Source: Camelus dromedarius
Taxonomy: Eukaryota
Assembly (NCBI RefSeq): GCF_036321535.1
Contig: NC_087436.1
Coordinates: 992,001 to 1,056,000 of the forward strand
Length of the DNA stretch: 64,000 nucleotides
Direction: 5' to 3'
Shown in pieces: positions 26,865 to 41,800 of this stretch. Position 1 is the first letter of the stretch. Every line of letters begins with the position of its first letter. The notes under the pieces were generated by a model, which did not search any database, was not told where the DNA came from, and saw only the letters and a program-made list of their open reading frames with translations. Made by a program: the position numbers and the translations under genes.

Positions 26865-29800
26865 AAGTTCCTGCAGTTTTCACTGTCAAACGGTGTTGGA
26901 GCTAGTACCTCCCCATATATATGTATGGAATGGAGTTTGCATCTGAAAAGAAACTTTGTGTTCCCAACAAGCTAGGTGAAGGACGGCTTTCACACACACT
27001 TATCTCTCAGAACTGAGCAAGTGGAGAGACGTTCGTTCATCTAGCACCAAGGGAACGGGTTGCAGGAGACACTTTTTCTCTGCTTTCTCAGTCTGTTTCC
27101 TAGTCCCGGTTTGAAGTTCCTGCAGTTTTCACTGTCAAACCGACTTGGAGCTTGTACCTCCCCATATATATGTATGGAATGGAGTTTGCAACTGAAAAGA
27201 AACTTTGTGTTCCCAACAAGCTAGGTGAAGGACGGCTTTCACACACACTTATCTCTCAGAACAGAGCAAGTGAAGAGACGTTCGTTCATCTAGCACCAAG
27301 GGAACGGGTTGCAGGAGACACTTTTTCTCTGCTTTCTCAGTCTGTTTCCTAGTGACGGTTTGAATTTCCTTCAGTTTTCACTGTAAAACCGAGTTGGAGC
27401 TGGTACCTCCCCATATATATTTATGGAATGGAGTTTGCAACTGAAAAGAAACTTTGTGTTCCCAACAAGCTAGGTGAAGGACGGCTTTCACACACACTTA
27501 TCTCTCAGAACTGAGCAAGTGGAGAGACGTTCGTTCATCTAGCACCAAGGGAACAGGTTGCAGGAGACACTTTTTCTCTGCTTTCTCAGTCTGTTTCCTA
27601 GTGCCGGTTTGAAGTTCCTGCAGTTTTCACTGTAAAACCGAGTTGGAGCTAGTACCTCCCCATATATATGTATGGAATGGACTTTGCAACTGAAAAGAAA
27701 CTTTGTGTTCCCAACAAGCTAGGTGAAGGACGGCTTTCACACACACTTATCTCTAAGAACTGAGCAAGTGGAGAGACGTTCGTTCATCTAGCACCAAGGG
27801 AACGGGTTGCAGGAGACACTTTTTCTCTGCTTTCTCTGTATGTTTCCTAGTGCCGGTATGAAGTTCCTGCATTTTTCACTGTAAAATCGAGTTGGAGCTT
27901 CTACTCCCCATATATATTTATGGAATGGAGTTTGCAACTGAAAAGAAACTTTGTGTTCCCAACAAGCAAGTTGAAGGACGGCTTTCACACACACTTATCT
28001 CTCAGAACTGAGCAAGTGGAGAGACGTTCGTTCATCTAGCACCAAGGGAACGGGTTGCAGGAGACACTTTTTCTCTGCTTTCTCAGTCTGTTTCCTAGTG
28101 CCGGTTTGAAGTTCCTGCAGTTTTCACTGTCAAACGGTGTTGGAGCTAGTACCTCCCCATATATATGTATGGAATGGAGTTTGCATCTGAAAAGAAACTT
28201 TGTGTTCCCAACAAGCTAGGTGAAGGACGGCTTTCACACACACTTATCTCTCAGAACTGAGCAAGTGGAGAGACGTTCGTTCATCTAGCACCAAGGGAAC
28301 GGGTTGCAGGAGACACTTTTTCTCTGCTTTCTCAGTCTGTTTCCTAGTCCCGGTTTGAAGTTCCTGCAGTTTTCACTGTCAAACCGACTTGGAGCTTGTA
28401 CCTCCCCATATATATGTATGGAATGGAGTTTGCAACTGAAAAGAAACTTTGTGTTCCCAACAAGCTAGGTGAAGGACGGCTTTCACACACACTTATCTCT
28501 CAGAACAGAGCAAGTGAAGAGACGTTCGTTCATCTAGCACCAAGGGAACGGGTTGCAGGAGACACTTTTTCTCTGCTTTCTCAGTCTGTTTCCTAGTGAC
28601 GGTTTGAAATTCCTTCAGTTTTCACTGTAAAACCGAGTTGGAGCTGGTACCTCCCCATATATATTTATGGAATGGAGTTTGCAACTGAAAAGAAACTTTG
28701 TGTTCCCAACAAGCTAGGTGAAGGACGGCTTTCACACACACTTATCTCTCAGAACTGAGCAAGTGGAGAGACGTTCGTTCATCTAGCACCAAGGGAACAG
28801 GTTGCAGGAGACACTTTTTCTCTGCTTTCTCAGTCTGTTTCCTAGTGCCGGTTTGAAGTTCCTGCAGTTTTCACTGTAAAACCGAGTTGGAGCTAGTACC
28901 TCCCCATATATATGTATGGAATGGACTTTGCAACTGAAAAGAAACTTTGTGTTCCCAACAAGCTAGGTGAAGGACGGCTTTCACACACACTTATCTCTAA
29001 GAACTGAGCAAGTGGAGAGACGTTCGTTCATCTAGCACCAAGGGAACGGGTTGCAGGAGACACTTTTTCTCTGCTTTCTCTGTATGTTTCCTAGTGCCGG
29101 TATGAAGTTCCTGCATTTTTCACTGTAAAATCGAGTTGGAGCTTCTACTCCCCATATATATTTATGGAATGGAGTTTGCAACTGAAAAGAAACTTTGTGT
29201 TCCCAACAAGCAAGTTGAAGGACGGCTTTCACACACACTTATCTCTCAGAACTGAGCAAGTGGAGAGACGTTCGTTCATCTAGCACCAAGGGAACGGGTT
29301 GCAGGAGACACTTTTTCTCTGCTTTCTCAGTCTGTTTCCTAGTGCCGGTTTGATGTTCCTGCAGTTTTCACTGTAAAACCGAGTTGGAGCTAGTACCTCC
29401 CCATATATATGTATGGAATGGAGTTTGCAACTGAAAAGAAACTTTGTGTTCCCAACAAGCTAGGTGAAGGACGGCTTTCACACACAGTTATCTCTCAGAA
29501 ATGAGCAAGTGGAGAGACGTTCGTTCATCTAGCACCAAGGGAACGGGTTGCAGGAGACACTTTTTCTCTGCTTTCTCAGTCTGTTTCCTAGTGCCGGTTT
29601 GAAGTTCCTGCAGTTTTCACTGTCAAACAGAGTTGGAGCTTGTACCTCCCCATATATATGTATGGAATGAAGTTTGCAACTGAAAAGAAACTTTGTGTTC
29701 CCAACAAGCTTGGTGAAGAGCGGCTTTCACACACACTTATCTCTCCGAACTGAGCAAGTGGAGAGACGTTCGTTCATCTAGCACCAAGGGAACGGGTTGC

Positions 29801-32800
29801 AGGAGACACTTTTTCTCTGCTTTCTCAGTCTGTTTCCTAGTGCCGGTTTGAAGTTCCTGCAGTTATCACTGTAAAACCGAGTTGGAGCTTCTACCTCCCC
29901 ATATATATGTATGGAATGGAGTTTGCAACTGAAAAGAAACTTTGTGTTCCCAACAAGCTAGGTGAAGGACGGCTTTCACACACACTTATCTCTCAGAACT
30001 GAGCAAGTGGAGAGATGTTCGTTCATCTAGCACCAAGGGAACGGGTTGCAGGAGACACTTTTTCTCTGCTTTCTCAGTCTGTTTCCTAGTGCCGGTTTGA
30101 AGTTCCTGCAGTTTTCACTGTGAAACCGCGTTGGAGCTAGTACCTCCCCATATATATGTATGGAATGGAGTTTGAAACTGAAAAGAAACTTTGTGTTCCC
30201 AAAAAGCTAGGTGAAGGACGGCTTTCACACGCACTTATCTCTCAGAACTGAGCATGTGGAGAGACGTTCGTTCATCTAACACCAAGGGAACGGGTTGCAG
30301 GAGACACTTTTTCTCTGCTTTCTCACACTGTTTCCTAGTGCCGTTTTGAAGTTCCTGCAGTTTTCACTGTAAAACCGAGTTGGAGCTTCTACCTCCCCAT
30401 ATATATGTATGGAATGGAGTTTGCAACTGAAAAGAAACTTTGTGTTCCCAACAAGCTAGGTGAAGGACGGCTTTCACACGCACTTATCTATCAGAACTGA
30501 GCAAGTGGAGAGACGTTCGTTCATTTAGCACCAAGGGAACGGGTTGCAGGAGACACTTTTTCTCTGCTTTCTCAGTCTGTTTCCTAGTGCCGGTTTGAAG
30601 TTCCTGCAGTTTTCACTGTCAAACGGAGTTGGAGCTAGTACCTCCCCATATATATGTATGGAATGGAGTTTGCATCTGAAAAGAAACTTTGTTTTCCCAA
30701 CAAGCTAGGTGAAGGACGGCTTTCACACACACTTATCTCTCAGAACTGAGCAAGTGGAGAGACGTTCGTTCATCTAGCACCAAGGGAACGGGTTGCAGGA
30801 GACACTTTTTCTCTGCTTTCTCAGTCTGTTTCCTAGTGCCGGTTTGATGTTCCTGCAGTTTTCACTGTCAAACCGAGTTGGAGCTTGTACCTCCCCATAT
30901 ATATGTATGGAATGGAGTTTGCAACTGAAAAGAAACTTTGTGTTCCCAACAAGATAGGTGAAGGACGGCTTTCACACACACTTATCTCTCAGAACAGAGC
31001 AAGTGGAGAGACGTTCGTTCATCTAGCACCAAGGGAACGGGTTGCAGGAGACACTTTTTCTCTGCTTTCTCAGTCTGTTTCCTAGTCCCGGTTTGAAGTT
31101 CCTGCAGTTTTCACTGTAAAACCGAGTTGGAGCTGGTACCTCCCCATATATATGTATGGAATGGAGTTTGCATCTGAAAAGAAACTTTGTGTTCCCAACA
31201 AGCTAGGTGAAGGACGGCTTTCACACACACTTATCTCTCAGAACTGAGCAAGTGGAGAGACGTTCGTTCATCTAGCACCAAGGGAACAGTTTGCAGGAGA
31301 CACTTTTTCTCTGCTTTCTCAGTCTGTTTCCTAGTGCCGGTTTGAAGTTCCTGCAGTTTTCACTGTAAAACCGAGTTGGAGCTAGTACCTCCCCATATAT
31401 ATGTATGGAATGGAGTTTGCAACTGAAAAGAAACTTTGTGTTCCCAACAAGCTAGGTGAAGGACGGCTTTCACACACACTTATCTCTAAGAACTGAGCAA
31501 GTGGAGAGACGTTCGTTCATCTAGCACCAAGGGAACGGGTTGCAGGAGACACTTTTTCTCTGCTTTCTCTGTATGTTTCCTAGTGCCGGTATGAAGTTCC
31601 TACATTTTTCACTGTAAAATCGAGTTGGAGCTTCTACTCCCCATATATATTTATGGAATGGAGTTTGCAACTGAAAAGAAACTTTGTGTTCCCAACAAGC
31701 TAGTTGAAGGACGGCTTTCACACACACTTATCTCTCAGAACTGAGCAAGTGGAGAGACGTTCGTTCATCTAGCACCAAGGGAACGGGTTGCAGGAGACAC
31801 TTTTTCTCTGCTTTCTCAGTCTGTTTCCTAGTGCCGGTTTGATGTTCCTGCAGTTTTCACTGTAAAACCGAGTTGGAGCTAGTACCTCCCCATATATATG
31901 TATGGAATGGAGTTTGCAACTGAAAAGAAACTTTGTGTTCCCAACAAGCAAGTTGAAGGACGGCTTTCACACACACTTATCTCTCAGAACTGAGCAAGTG
32001 GAGAGACGTTCTTTCATCTAGCACCAAGGGAACGGGTTGCAGGAGACACTTTTTCTCTGCTTTCTCAGTCTGTTTCCTAGTGCCGGTTTGATGTTCCTGC
32101 AGTTTTCACTGTCAAACCGAGTTGGAGCTAGTACCTCCCCATATATATGTATGGAATGGAGTTTGCAACTGAAAAGAAACTTTGTGTTCCCAACAAGCTA
32201 GGTGAAGGACGGCTTTCACACACAGTTATCTCTCAGAAATGAGCAAGTGGAGAGACGTTCGTTCATCTAGCACCAAGGGAACGGGTTGCAGGAGACACTT
32301 TTTCTCTGCTTTCTCAGTCTGTTTCCTAGTGCCGGTTTGAAGTTCCTGCAGTTTTCACAGTCAAACAGAGTTGGAGCTAGTACCTCCCCATATATATGTA
32401 TGGAATGAAGTTTGCAACTGAAAAGAAACTTTGTGTTCCCAACAAGCTTGGTGAAGAGCGGCTTTCACACACACTTATCTCTCCGAACTGAGCAAGTGGA
32501 GAGACGTTCGTTCATCTAGCACCAAGGGAACGGGTTGCAGGAGACACTTTTTCTCTGCTTTCTCAGTCTGTTTCCTAGTGCCGGTTTGAAGTTCCTGCAG
32601 TTATCACTGTAAAACCGAGTTGGAGCTTCTACCTCCCCATATATATGTATGGAATGGAGTTTGCAACTGAAAAGAAACTTTGTGTTCCCAACAAGCTAGG
32701 TGAAGGACGGCTTTCACACACACTTATCTCTCAGAACTGAGCAAGTGGAGAGACGTTCGTTCATCTAGCACCAAGGGAACGGGTTGCAGGAGACACTTTT

Positions 32801-35800
32801 TCTCTGCTTTCTCAGTCTGTTTCCTAGTGCCGGTTTGAAGTTCCTGCAGTTTTCACTGTGAAACCGCGTTGGAGCTAGTACCTCCCCATATATATGTATG
32901 GAATGGAGTTTGAAACTGAAAAGAAACTTTGTGTTCCCAACAAGCTAGGTGAAGGACGGCTTTCACACGCACTTATCTATCAGAAGTGAGCAAGTGGAGA
33001 GACGTTCGTTCATTTAGCACCAAGGGAACGGGTTGCAGGAGACACTTTTTCTATGCTTTCTCAGTCTGTTTCCTAGTGCCGGTTTGAAGTTCCTGCAGTT
33101 TTCACTGTCAAACGGAGTTGGAGCTAGTACCTCCCCATATATATGTATGGAATGGAGTTTGCATCTGAAAAGAAACTTTGTTTTCCCAACAAGCTAGGTG
33201 AAGGACGGCTTTCACACACACTTATCTCTCAGAACTGAGCAAGTGGAGAGACGTTCGTTCATCTAGCACCAAGGGAACGGGTTGCAGGAGACACTTTTTC
33301 TCTGCTTTCTCAGTCTGTTTCCTAGTGCCGGTTTGAAGTTCCTGCAGTTTTCACTGTCAAACCGAGTTGGAGCTTGTACCTCCCCATATATATGTATGGA
33401 TTGGAGTTTGCAACTGAAAAGAAACTTTGTGTTCCCAACAAGATAGGTGAAGGACGGCTTTCACACACACTTATCTCTCAGAACAGAGCAAGTGGAGAGA
33501 CGTTCGTTCATCTAGCACCAAGGGAACGGGTTGCAGGAGACACTTTTTCTCTGCTTTCTCAGTCTGTTTCCTAGTCCCGGTTTGAAGTTCCTGCAGTTTT
33601 CACTGTAAAACCGAGTTGGAGCTGGTACCTCCCCATATATATGTATGGAATGGAGTTTGCAACTGAAAAGAAACTTTGTGTTCCCAACAAGCTAGGTGAA
33701 GGACGGCTTTCACACACACTTATCTCTCAGAACTGAGCAAGTGGAGAGACGTTCGTTCATCTAGCACCAAGGGAACAGGTTGCAGGAGACACTTTTTCTC
33801 TGCTTTCTCAGTCTGTTTCCTAGTGCCGGTTTGAAGTTCCTGCAGTTTTCACTGTAAAACCGAGTTGGAGCTAGTACCTCCCCATATATATGTATGGAAT
33901 GGAGTTTGCAACTGAAAAGAAACTTTGTGTTCCCAACAAGCTAGGTGAAGGACGGCTTTCACACACACTTATCTCTAAGAACTGAGCAAGTGGAGAGACG
34001 TTCGTTCATCTAGCACCAAGGGAACGGGTTGCAGGAGACACTTTTTCTCTGCTTTCTCAGTCTGTTTCCTAGTGCCGGTTTGAAGTTCCTGCAGTTTTCA
34101 CTGTCAAACGGAGTTGGAGCTAGTACCTCCCCATATATATGTATGGAATGGAGTTTGCATCTGAAAAGAAACTTTGTTTTCCCAACAAGCTAGGTGAAGG
34201 ACGGCTTTCACACACACTTATCTCTCAGAACTGAGCAAGTGGAGAGACGTTCGTTCATCTAGCACCAAGGGAACGGGTTGCAGGAGACACTTTTTCTCTG
34301 CTTTCTCAGTCTGTTTCCTAGTGCCGGTTTGATGTTCCTGCAGTTTTCACTGTCAAACCGAGTTGGAGCTTGTACCTCCCCATATATATGTATGGAATGG
34401 AGTTTGCAACTGAAAAGAAACTTTGTGTTCCCAACAAGATAGGTGAAGGACGGCTTTCACACACACTTATCTCTCAGAACAGAGCAAGTGGAGAGACGTT
34501 CGTTCATCTAGCACCAAGGGAACGGGTTGCAGGAGACACTTTTTCTCTGCTTTCTCAGTCTGTTTCCTAGTCCCGGTTTGAAGTTCCTGCAGTTTTCACT
34601 GTAAAACCGAGTTGGAGCTGGTACCTCCCCATATATATGTATGGAATGGAGTTTGCATCTGAAAAGAAACTTTGTGTTCCCAACAAGCTAGGTGAAGGAC
34701 GGCTTTCACACACACTTATCTCTCAGAACTGAGCAAGTGGAGAGACGTTCGTTCATCTAGCACCAAGGGAACAGTTTGCAGGAGACACTTTTTCTCTGCT
34801 TTCTCAGTCTGTTTCCTAGTGCCGGTTTGAAGTTCCTGCAGTTTTCACTGTAAAACCGAGTTGGAGCTAGTACCTCCCCATATATATGTATGGAATGGAG
34901 TTTGCAACTGAAAAGAAACTTTGTGTTCCCAACAAGCTAGGTGAAGGACGGCTTTCACACACACTTATCTCTAAGAACTGAGCAAGTGGAGAGACGTTCG
35001 TTCATCTAGCACCAAGGGAACGGGTTGCAGGAGACACTTTTTCTCTGCTTTCTCTGTATGTTTCCTAGTGCCGGTATGAAGTTCCTACATTTTTCACTGT
35101 AAAATCGAGTTGGAGCTTCTACTCCCCATATATATTTATGGAATGGAGTTTGCAACTGAAAAGAAACTTTGTGTTCCCAACAAGCTAGTTGAAGGACGGC
35201 TTTCACACACACTTATCTCTCAGAACTGAGCAAGTGGAGAGACGTTCGTTCATCTAGCACCAAGGGAACGGGTTGCAGGAGACACTTTTTCTCTGCTTTC
35301 TCAGTCTGTTTCCTAGTGCCGGTTTGATGTTCCTGCAGTTTTCACTGTAAAACCGAGTTGGAGCTAGTACCTCCCCATATATATGTATGGAATGGAGTTT
35401 GCAACTGAAAAGAAACTTTGTGTTCCCAACAAGCAAGTTGAAGGACGGCTTTCACACACACTTATCTCTCAGAACTGAGCAAGTGGAGAGACGTTCTTTC
35501 ATCTAGCACCAAGGGAACGGGTTGCAGGAGACACTTTTTCTCTGCTTTCTCAGTCTGTTTCCTAGTGCCGGTTTGATGTTCCTGCAGTTTTCACTGTCAA
35601 ACCGAGTTGGAGCTAGTACCTCCCCATATATATGTATGGAATGGAGTTTGCAACTGAAAAGAAACTTTGTGTTCCCAACAAGCTAGGTGAAGGACGGCTT
35701 TCACACACAGTTATCTCTCAGAAATGAGCAAGTGGAGAGACGTTCGTTCATCTAGCACCAAGGGAACGGGTTGCAGGAGACACTTTTTCTCTGCTTTCTC

Positions 35801-38800
35801 AGTCTGTTTCCTAGTGCCGGTTTGAAGTTCCTGCAGTTTTCACAGTCAAACAGAGTTGGAGCTAGTACCTCCCCATATATATGTATGGAATGAAGTTTGC
35901 AACTGAAAAGAAACTTTGTGTTCCCAACAAGCTTGGTGAAGAGCGGCTTTCACACACACTTATCTCTCCGAACTGAGCAAGTGGAGAGACGTTCGTTCAT
36001 CTAGCACCAAGGGAACGGGTTGCAGGAGACACTTTTTCTCTGCTTTCTCAGTCTGTTTCCTAGTGCCGGTTTGAAGTTCCTGCAGTTATCACTGTAAAAC
36101 CGAGTTGGAGCTTCTACCTCCCCATATATATGTATGGAATGGAGTTTGCAACTGAAAAGAAACTTTGTGTTCCCAACAAGCTAGGTGAAGGACGGCTTTC
36201 ACACACACTTATCTCTCAGAACTGAGCAAGTGGAGAGACGTTCGTTCATCTAGCACCAAGGGAACGGGTTGCAGGAGACACTTTTTCTCTGCTTTCTCAG
36301 TCTGTTTCCTAGTGCCGGTTTGAAGTTCCTGCAGTTTTCACTGTGAAACCGCGTTGGAGCTAGTACCTCCCCATATATATGTATGGAATGGAGTTTGAAA
36401 CTGAAAAGAAACTTTGTGTTCCCAACAAGCTAGGTGAAGGACGGCTTTCACACGCACTTATCTATCAGAAGTGAGCAAGTGGAGAGACGTTCGTTCATTT
36501 AGCACCAAGGGAACGGGTTGCAGGAGACACTTTTTCTCTGCTTTCTCAGTCTGTTTCCTAGTGCCGGTTTGAAGTTCCTGCAGTTTTCACTGTCAAACGG
36601 AGTTGGAGCTAGTACCTCCCCATATATATGTATGGAATGGAGTTTGCATCTGAAAAGAAACTTTGTTTTCCCAACAAGCTAGGTGAAGGACGGCTTTCAC
36701 ACACACTTATCTCTCAGAACTGAGCAAGTGGAGAGACGTTCGTTCATCTAGCACCAAGGGAACGGGTTGCAGGAGACACTTTTTCTCTGCTTTCTCAGTC
36801 TGTTTCCTAGTGCCGGTTTGAAGTTCCTGCAGTTTTCACTGTCAAACCGAGTTGGAGCTTGTACCTCCCCATATATATGTATGGATTGGAGTTTGCAACT
36901 GAAAAGAAACTTTGTGTTCCCAACAAGATAGGTGAAGGACGGCTTTCACACACACTTATCTCTCAGAACAGAGCAAGTGGAGAGACGTTCGTTCATCTAG
37001 CACCAAGGGAACGGGTTGCAGGAGACACTTTTTCTCTGCTTTCTCAGTCTGTTTCCTAGTCCCGGTTTGAAGTTCCTGCAGTTTTCACTGTAAAACCGAG
37101 TTGGAGCTGGTACCTCCCCATATATATGTATGGAATGGAGTTTGCAACTGAAAAGAAACTTTGTGTTCCCAACAAGCTAGGTGAAGGACGGCTTTCACAC
37201 ACACTTATCTCTCAGAACTGAGCAAGTGGAGAGACGTTCGTTCATCTAGCACCAAGGGAACAGGTTGCAGGAGACACTTTTTCTCTGCTTTCTCAGTCTG
37301 TTTCCTAGTGCCGGTTTGAAGTTCCTGCAGTTTTCACTGTAAAACCGAGTTGGAGCTAGTACCTCCCCATATATATGTATGGAATGGAGTTTGCAACTGA
37401 AAAGAAACTTTGTGTTCCCAACAAGCTAGGTGAAGGACGGCTTTCACACACACTTATCTCTAAGAACTGAGCAAGTGGAGAGACGTTCGTTCATCTAGCA
37501 CCAAGGGAACGGGTTGCAGGAGACACTTTTTCTCTGCTTTCTCTGTATGTTTCCTAGTGCCGGTATGAAGTTCCTGCGTTTTTCACTGTAAAATCGAGTT
37601 GGAGCTTCTACTCCCCATATATATTTATGGAATGGAGTTTGCAACTGAAAAGAAACATTGTGTTCCCAACAAGCTAGTTGAAGGACGGCTTTCACACACA
37701 CTTATCTCTCAGAACTGAGCAAGTGGAGAGACGTTCGTTCATCTAGCACCAAGGGAACGGGTTGCAGGAGACACTTTTTCTCTGCTTTCTCAGTCTGTTT
37801 CCTAGTGCCGGTTTGATGTTCCTGCAGTTTTCACTGTAAAACCGAGTTGGAGCTAGTACCTCCCCATATATATGTATGGAATGGAGTTTGCAACTGAAAA
37901 GAAACTTTGTGTTCCCAACAAGCTAGGTGAAGGACGGCTTTCACACACAGTTATCTCTCAGAAATGAGCAAGTGGAGAGACGTTCGTTCATCTAGCACCA
38001 AGGGAACGGGTTGCAGGAGACACTTTTTCTCTGCTTTCTCAGTCTGTTTCCTAGTGCCGGTTTGAAGTTCCTGCAGTTTTCACTGTCAAACAGAGTTGGA
38101 GCTAGTACCTCCCCATATATATGTATGGAATGAAGTTTGCAACTGAAAAGAAACTTTGTGTTCCCAACAAGCTTGGTGAAGAGCGGCTTTCACACACACT
38201 TATCTCTCCGAACTGAGCAAGTGGAGAGACGTTCGTTCATTAAGCACCAAGGGAACGGGTTGCAGGATACACTTTTTCTCTGCTTTCTCAGTCTGTTTCC
38301 TAGTGCCGGTTTGAAGTTCCTGCAGTTATCACTGTAAAACCGAGTTGGAGCTTCTACCTCCCCATATATATGTATGGAATGGAGTTTGCAACTGAAAAGA
38401 AACTTTGTGTTCCCAACAAGCTAGGTGAAGGACGGCTTTCACACACACTTATCTCTCAGAACTGAGCAAGTGGAGAGACGTTCGTTCATCTAGCACCAAG
38501 GGAACGGGTTGCAGGAGACACTTTTTCTCTGCTTTCTCAGTCTGTTTCCTAGTGCCGGTTTGAAGTTCCTGCAGTTTTCACTGTGAAACCGCGTTGGAGC
38601 TAGTACCACCCCATATATATGTATGGAATGGAGTTTGAAACTGAAAAGAAACTTTGTGTTCCCAAAAAGCTAGGTGAAGGACGGCTTTCACACGCACTTA
38701 TCTCTGAGAAATGAGCAAGTGGAGAGACGTTCGTTCATCTAACACCAAGGGAACGGGTTGCAGGAGACACTTTTTCTCTGCTTTCTCAGTCTGTTTCCTA

Positions 38801-41800
38801 GTGCCGTTTTGAAGTTCCTGCCGTTTTCACTGTAAAACCGAGTTGGAGCTTCTACCTCCCCATATATATGTATGGAATGGAGTTTGCAACTGAAAAGAAA
38901 CTTTGTGTTCCCAACAAGCTAGGTGAAGGACGGCTTTCACACGCACTTATCTATCAGAACTGAGCAAGTGGAGAGACGTTCGTTCATTTAGCACCAAGGG
39001 AACGGGTTGCAGGAGACACTTTTTCTCTGCTTTCTCAGTCTGTTTCCTAGTGCCGGTTTGAAGTTCCTGCAGTTTTCACTGTCAAAAGGAGTTGGAGCTA
39101 GTACCTCCCCATATATATGTATGGAATGGAGTTTGCATCTGAAAAGAAACTTTGTTTTCCCAACAAGCTAGGTGAAGGACGGCTTTCACACACACTTATC
39201 TCTCAGAACTGAGCAAGTGGAGAGACGTTCGTTCATCTAGCACCAAGGGAACTGGTTGCAGGAGACACTTTTTCTCTGCTTTCTCAGTCTGTTTCCTAGT
39301 GCCGGTTTGAAGTTCCTGCAGTTTTCACTGTCAAACCGAGTTGGAGCTTTTACCTCCCTATATATATGTATGGAATGGAGTTTGCAACTGAAAAGAAACT
39401 TTGTGTTCCCAACAAGATAGGTGAAGGACGGCTTTCACACACACTTATCTCTCAGAACAGAGCAAGTGGAGAGACGTTCGTTCATCTAGCACCAAGGGAA
39501 CGGGTTGCAGGAGACACTTTTTCTCTGCTTTCTCAGTCTGTTTCCTAGTCCCGGTTTGAAGTTCCTGCAGTTTTCACTGTTAAACCGAGTTGGAGCTAGT
39601 ACCTCCCCATATATATGTATGGAATGGAGTTTGGAACTGAAAAGATACTTTGTGTTCCCAACAAGCTAGGTGAAGGACGGCTTTCACACACACTTATCTC
39701 CCAGAACTGAGCAAGTGGAGAGACTTTCGTTCATCAAGCACCAAGGGAACGGGTTGCAGGAGACACTTTTTCTCTGCTTTCTCAGTCTGTTTCCTAGTGA
39801 CGGTTTGAATTTCTTTCACTTTTCACTGTAAAACCGAGTTGGAGCTGGTACCTCCCCATATATATGTATGGAATGGAGTTTGCAACTGAAAAGAAACTTT
39901 GTGTTCCCAACAAGCTAGGTGAAGGACGGCTTTCACACACACTTATCTCTCAGAACTGAGCAAGTGGAGAGACGTTCGTTCATCTAGCACCAAGGGAACA
40001 GGTTGCAGGAGACACTTTTTCTCTGCATTCTCAGTCTTTTTCCTAGTGCCGGTTTGAAGTTCCTGCAGTTTTCACTGTAAAACCGAGTTGGAGCTAGTAC
40101 CTCCCCATATATATGTATGGAATGGAGTTTGCAACTGAAAAGAAACTTTGTGTTCCCAACAAGCTAGGTGAAGGCCGGCTTTCACACACACTTATCTCTA
40201 AGAACTGAGCAAGTGGAGAGACGTTCGTTCATCTAGCACCAAGGGAACGGGTTGCAGGAGACACTTTTTCTCTGCTTTCTCTGTATGTTTCCTAGTGCCG
40301 GTATGAAGTTCCTGCATTTTTCACTGTAAAATCGAGTTGGAGCTTCTACTCCCCATATATATTTATGGAATGGAGTTTGCAAGTGAAAAGAAAATTTGTG
40401 TTCCCAACAAGCTAGTTGAAGGACGGCTTTCACACACACTTATCTCTCAGAACTGAGCAATTGGAGAGACGTTCGTTCATCTAGCACCAAGGGAACGGGT
40501 TGCAAGAGACACTTTTTCTCTGCTTTCTCAGTCTGTTTCCTAGTGCCGTTTTGAAGTTCCTGCCGTTTTCACTGTAAAACCGAGTTGGAGCTTCTACCTC
40601 CCCATATATATGTATGGAATGGAGTTTGCAACTGAAAAGAAACTTTGTGTTCCCAACAAGCTAGGTGAAGGACGGCTTTCACACGCACTTATCTATCAGA
40701 ACTGAGCAAGTGGAGAGACGTTCGTTCATTTAGCACCAAGGGAACGGGTTGCAGGAGACACTTTTTCTCTGCTTTCTCAGTCTGTTTCCTAGTGCCGGTT
40801 TGAAGTTCCTGCAGTTTTCACTGTCAAACGGAGTTGGAGCTAGTACCTCCCCATATATATGTATGGAATGGAGTTTGCATCTGAAAAGAAACTTTGTTTT
40901 CCCAACAAGCTAGGTGAAGGACGGCTTTCACACACACTTATCTCTCAGAACTGAGCAAGTGGAGAGACGTTCGTTCATCTAGCACCAAGGGAACGGGTTG
41001 CAGGAGACACTTTTTCTCTGCTTTCTCAGTCTGTTTCCTAGTGCCGGTTTGAAGTTCCTGCAGTTTTCACTGTCAAACCGAGTTGGAGCTTTTACCTCCC
41101 TATATATATGTATGGAATGGAGTTTGCAACTGAAAAGAAACTTTGTGTTCCCAACAAGCTAGGTGAAGGACGGCTTTCACACACACTTATCTCTCAGAAC
41201 AGAGCAAGTGGAGAGACGTTCGTTCATCTAGCACCAAGGGAACGGGTTGCAGGAGACACTTTTTCTCTGCTTTCTCAGTCTGTTTCCTAGTCCCGGTTTG
41301 AAGTTCCTGCAGTTTTCACTGTTAAACCGAGTTGGAGCTAGTACCTCCCCATATATATGTATGGAATGGAGTTTGCAACTGAAAAGATACTTTGTGTTCC
41401 CAACAAGCTAGGTGAAGGACGGCTTTCACACACCCTTATCTCTCAGAACTGAGCAAGTGGAGAGACTTTCGTTCATCAAGCACCAAGGGAACGGGTTGCA
41501 GGAGACACTTTTTCTCTGCTTTCTCAGTCTGTTTCCTAGTGACGGTTTGAATTTCCTTCACTTTTCACTGTAAAACCGAGTTGGAGCTGGTACCTCCCCA
41601 TATATATGTATGGAATGGAGTTTGCAACTGAAAAGAAACTTTGTGTTCCCAACAAGCTAGGTGAAGGACGGCTTTCACACACACTTATCTCTCAGAACTG
41701 AGCAAGTGGAGAGACGTTCGTTCATCTAGCACCAAGGGAACAGGTTGCAGGAGACACTTTTTCTCTGCATTCTCAGTCTGTTTCCTAGTGCCGGTTTGAA

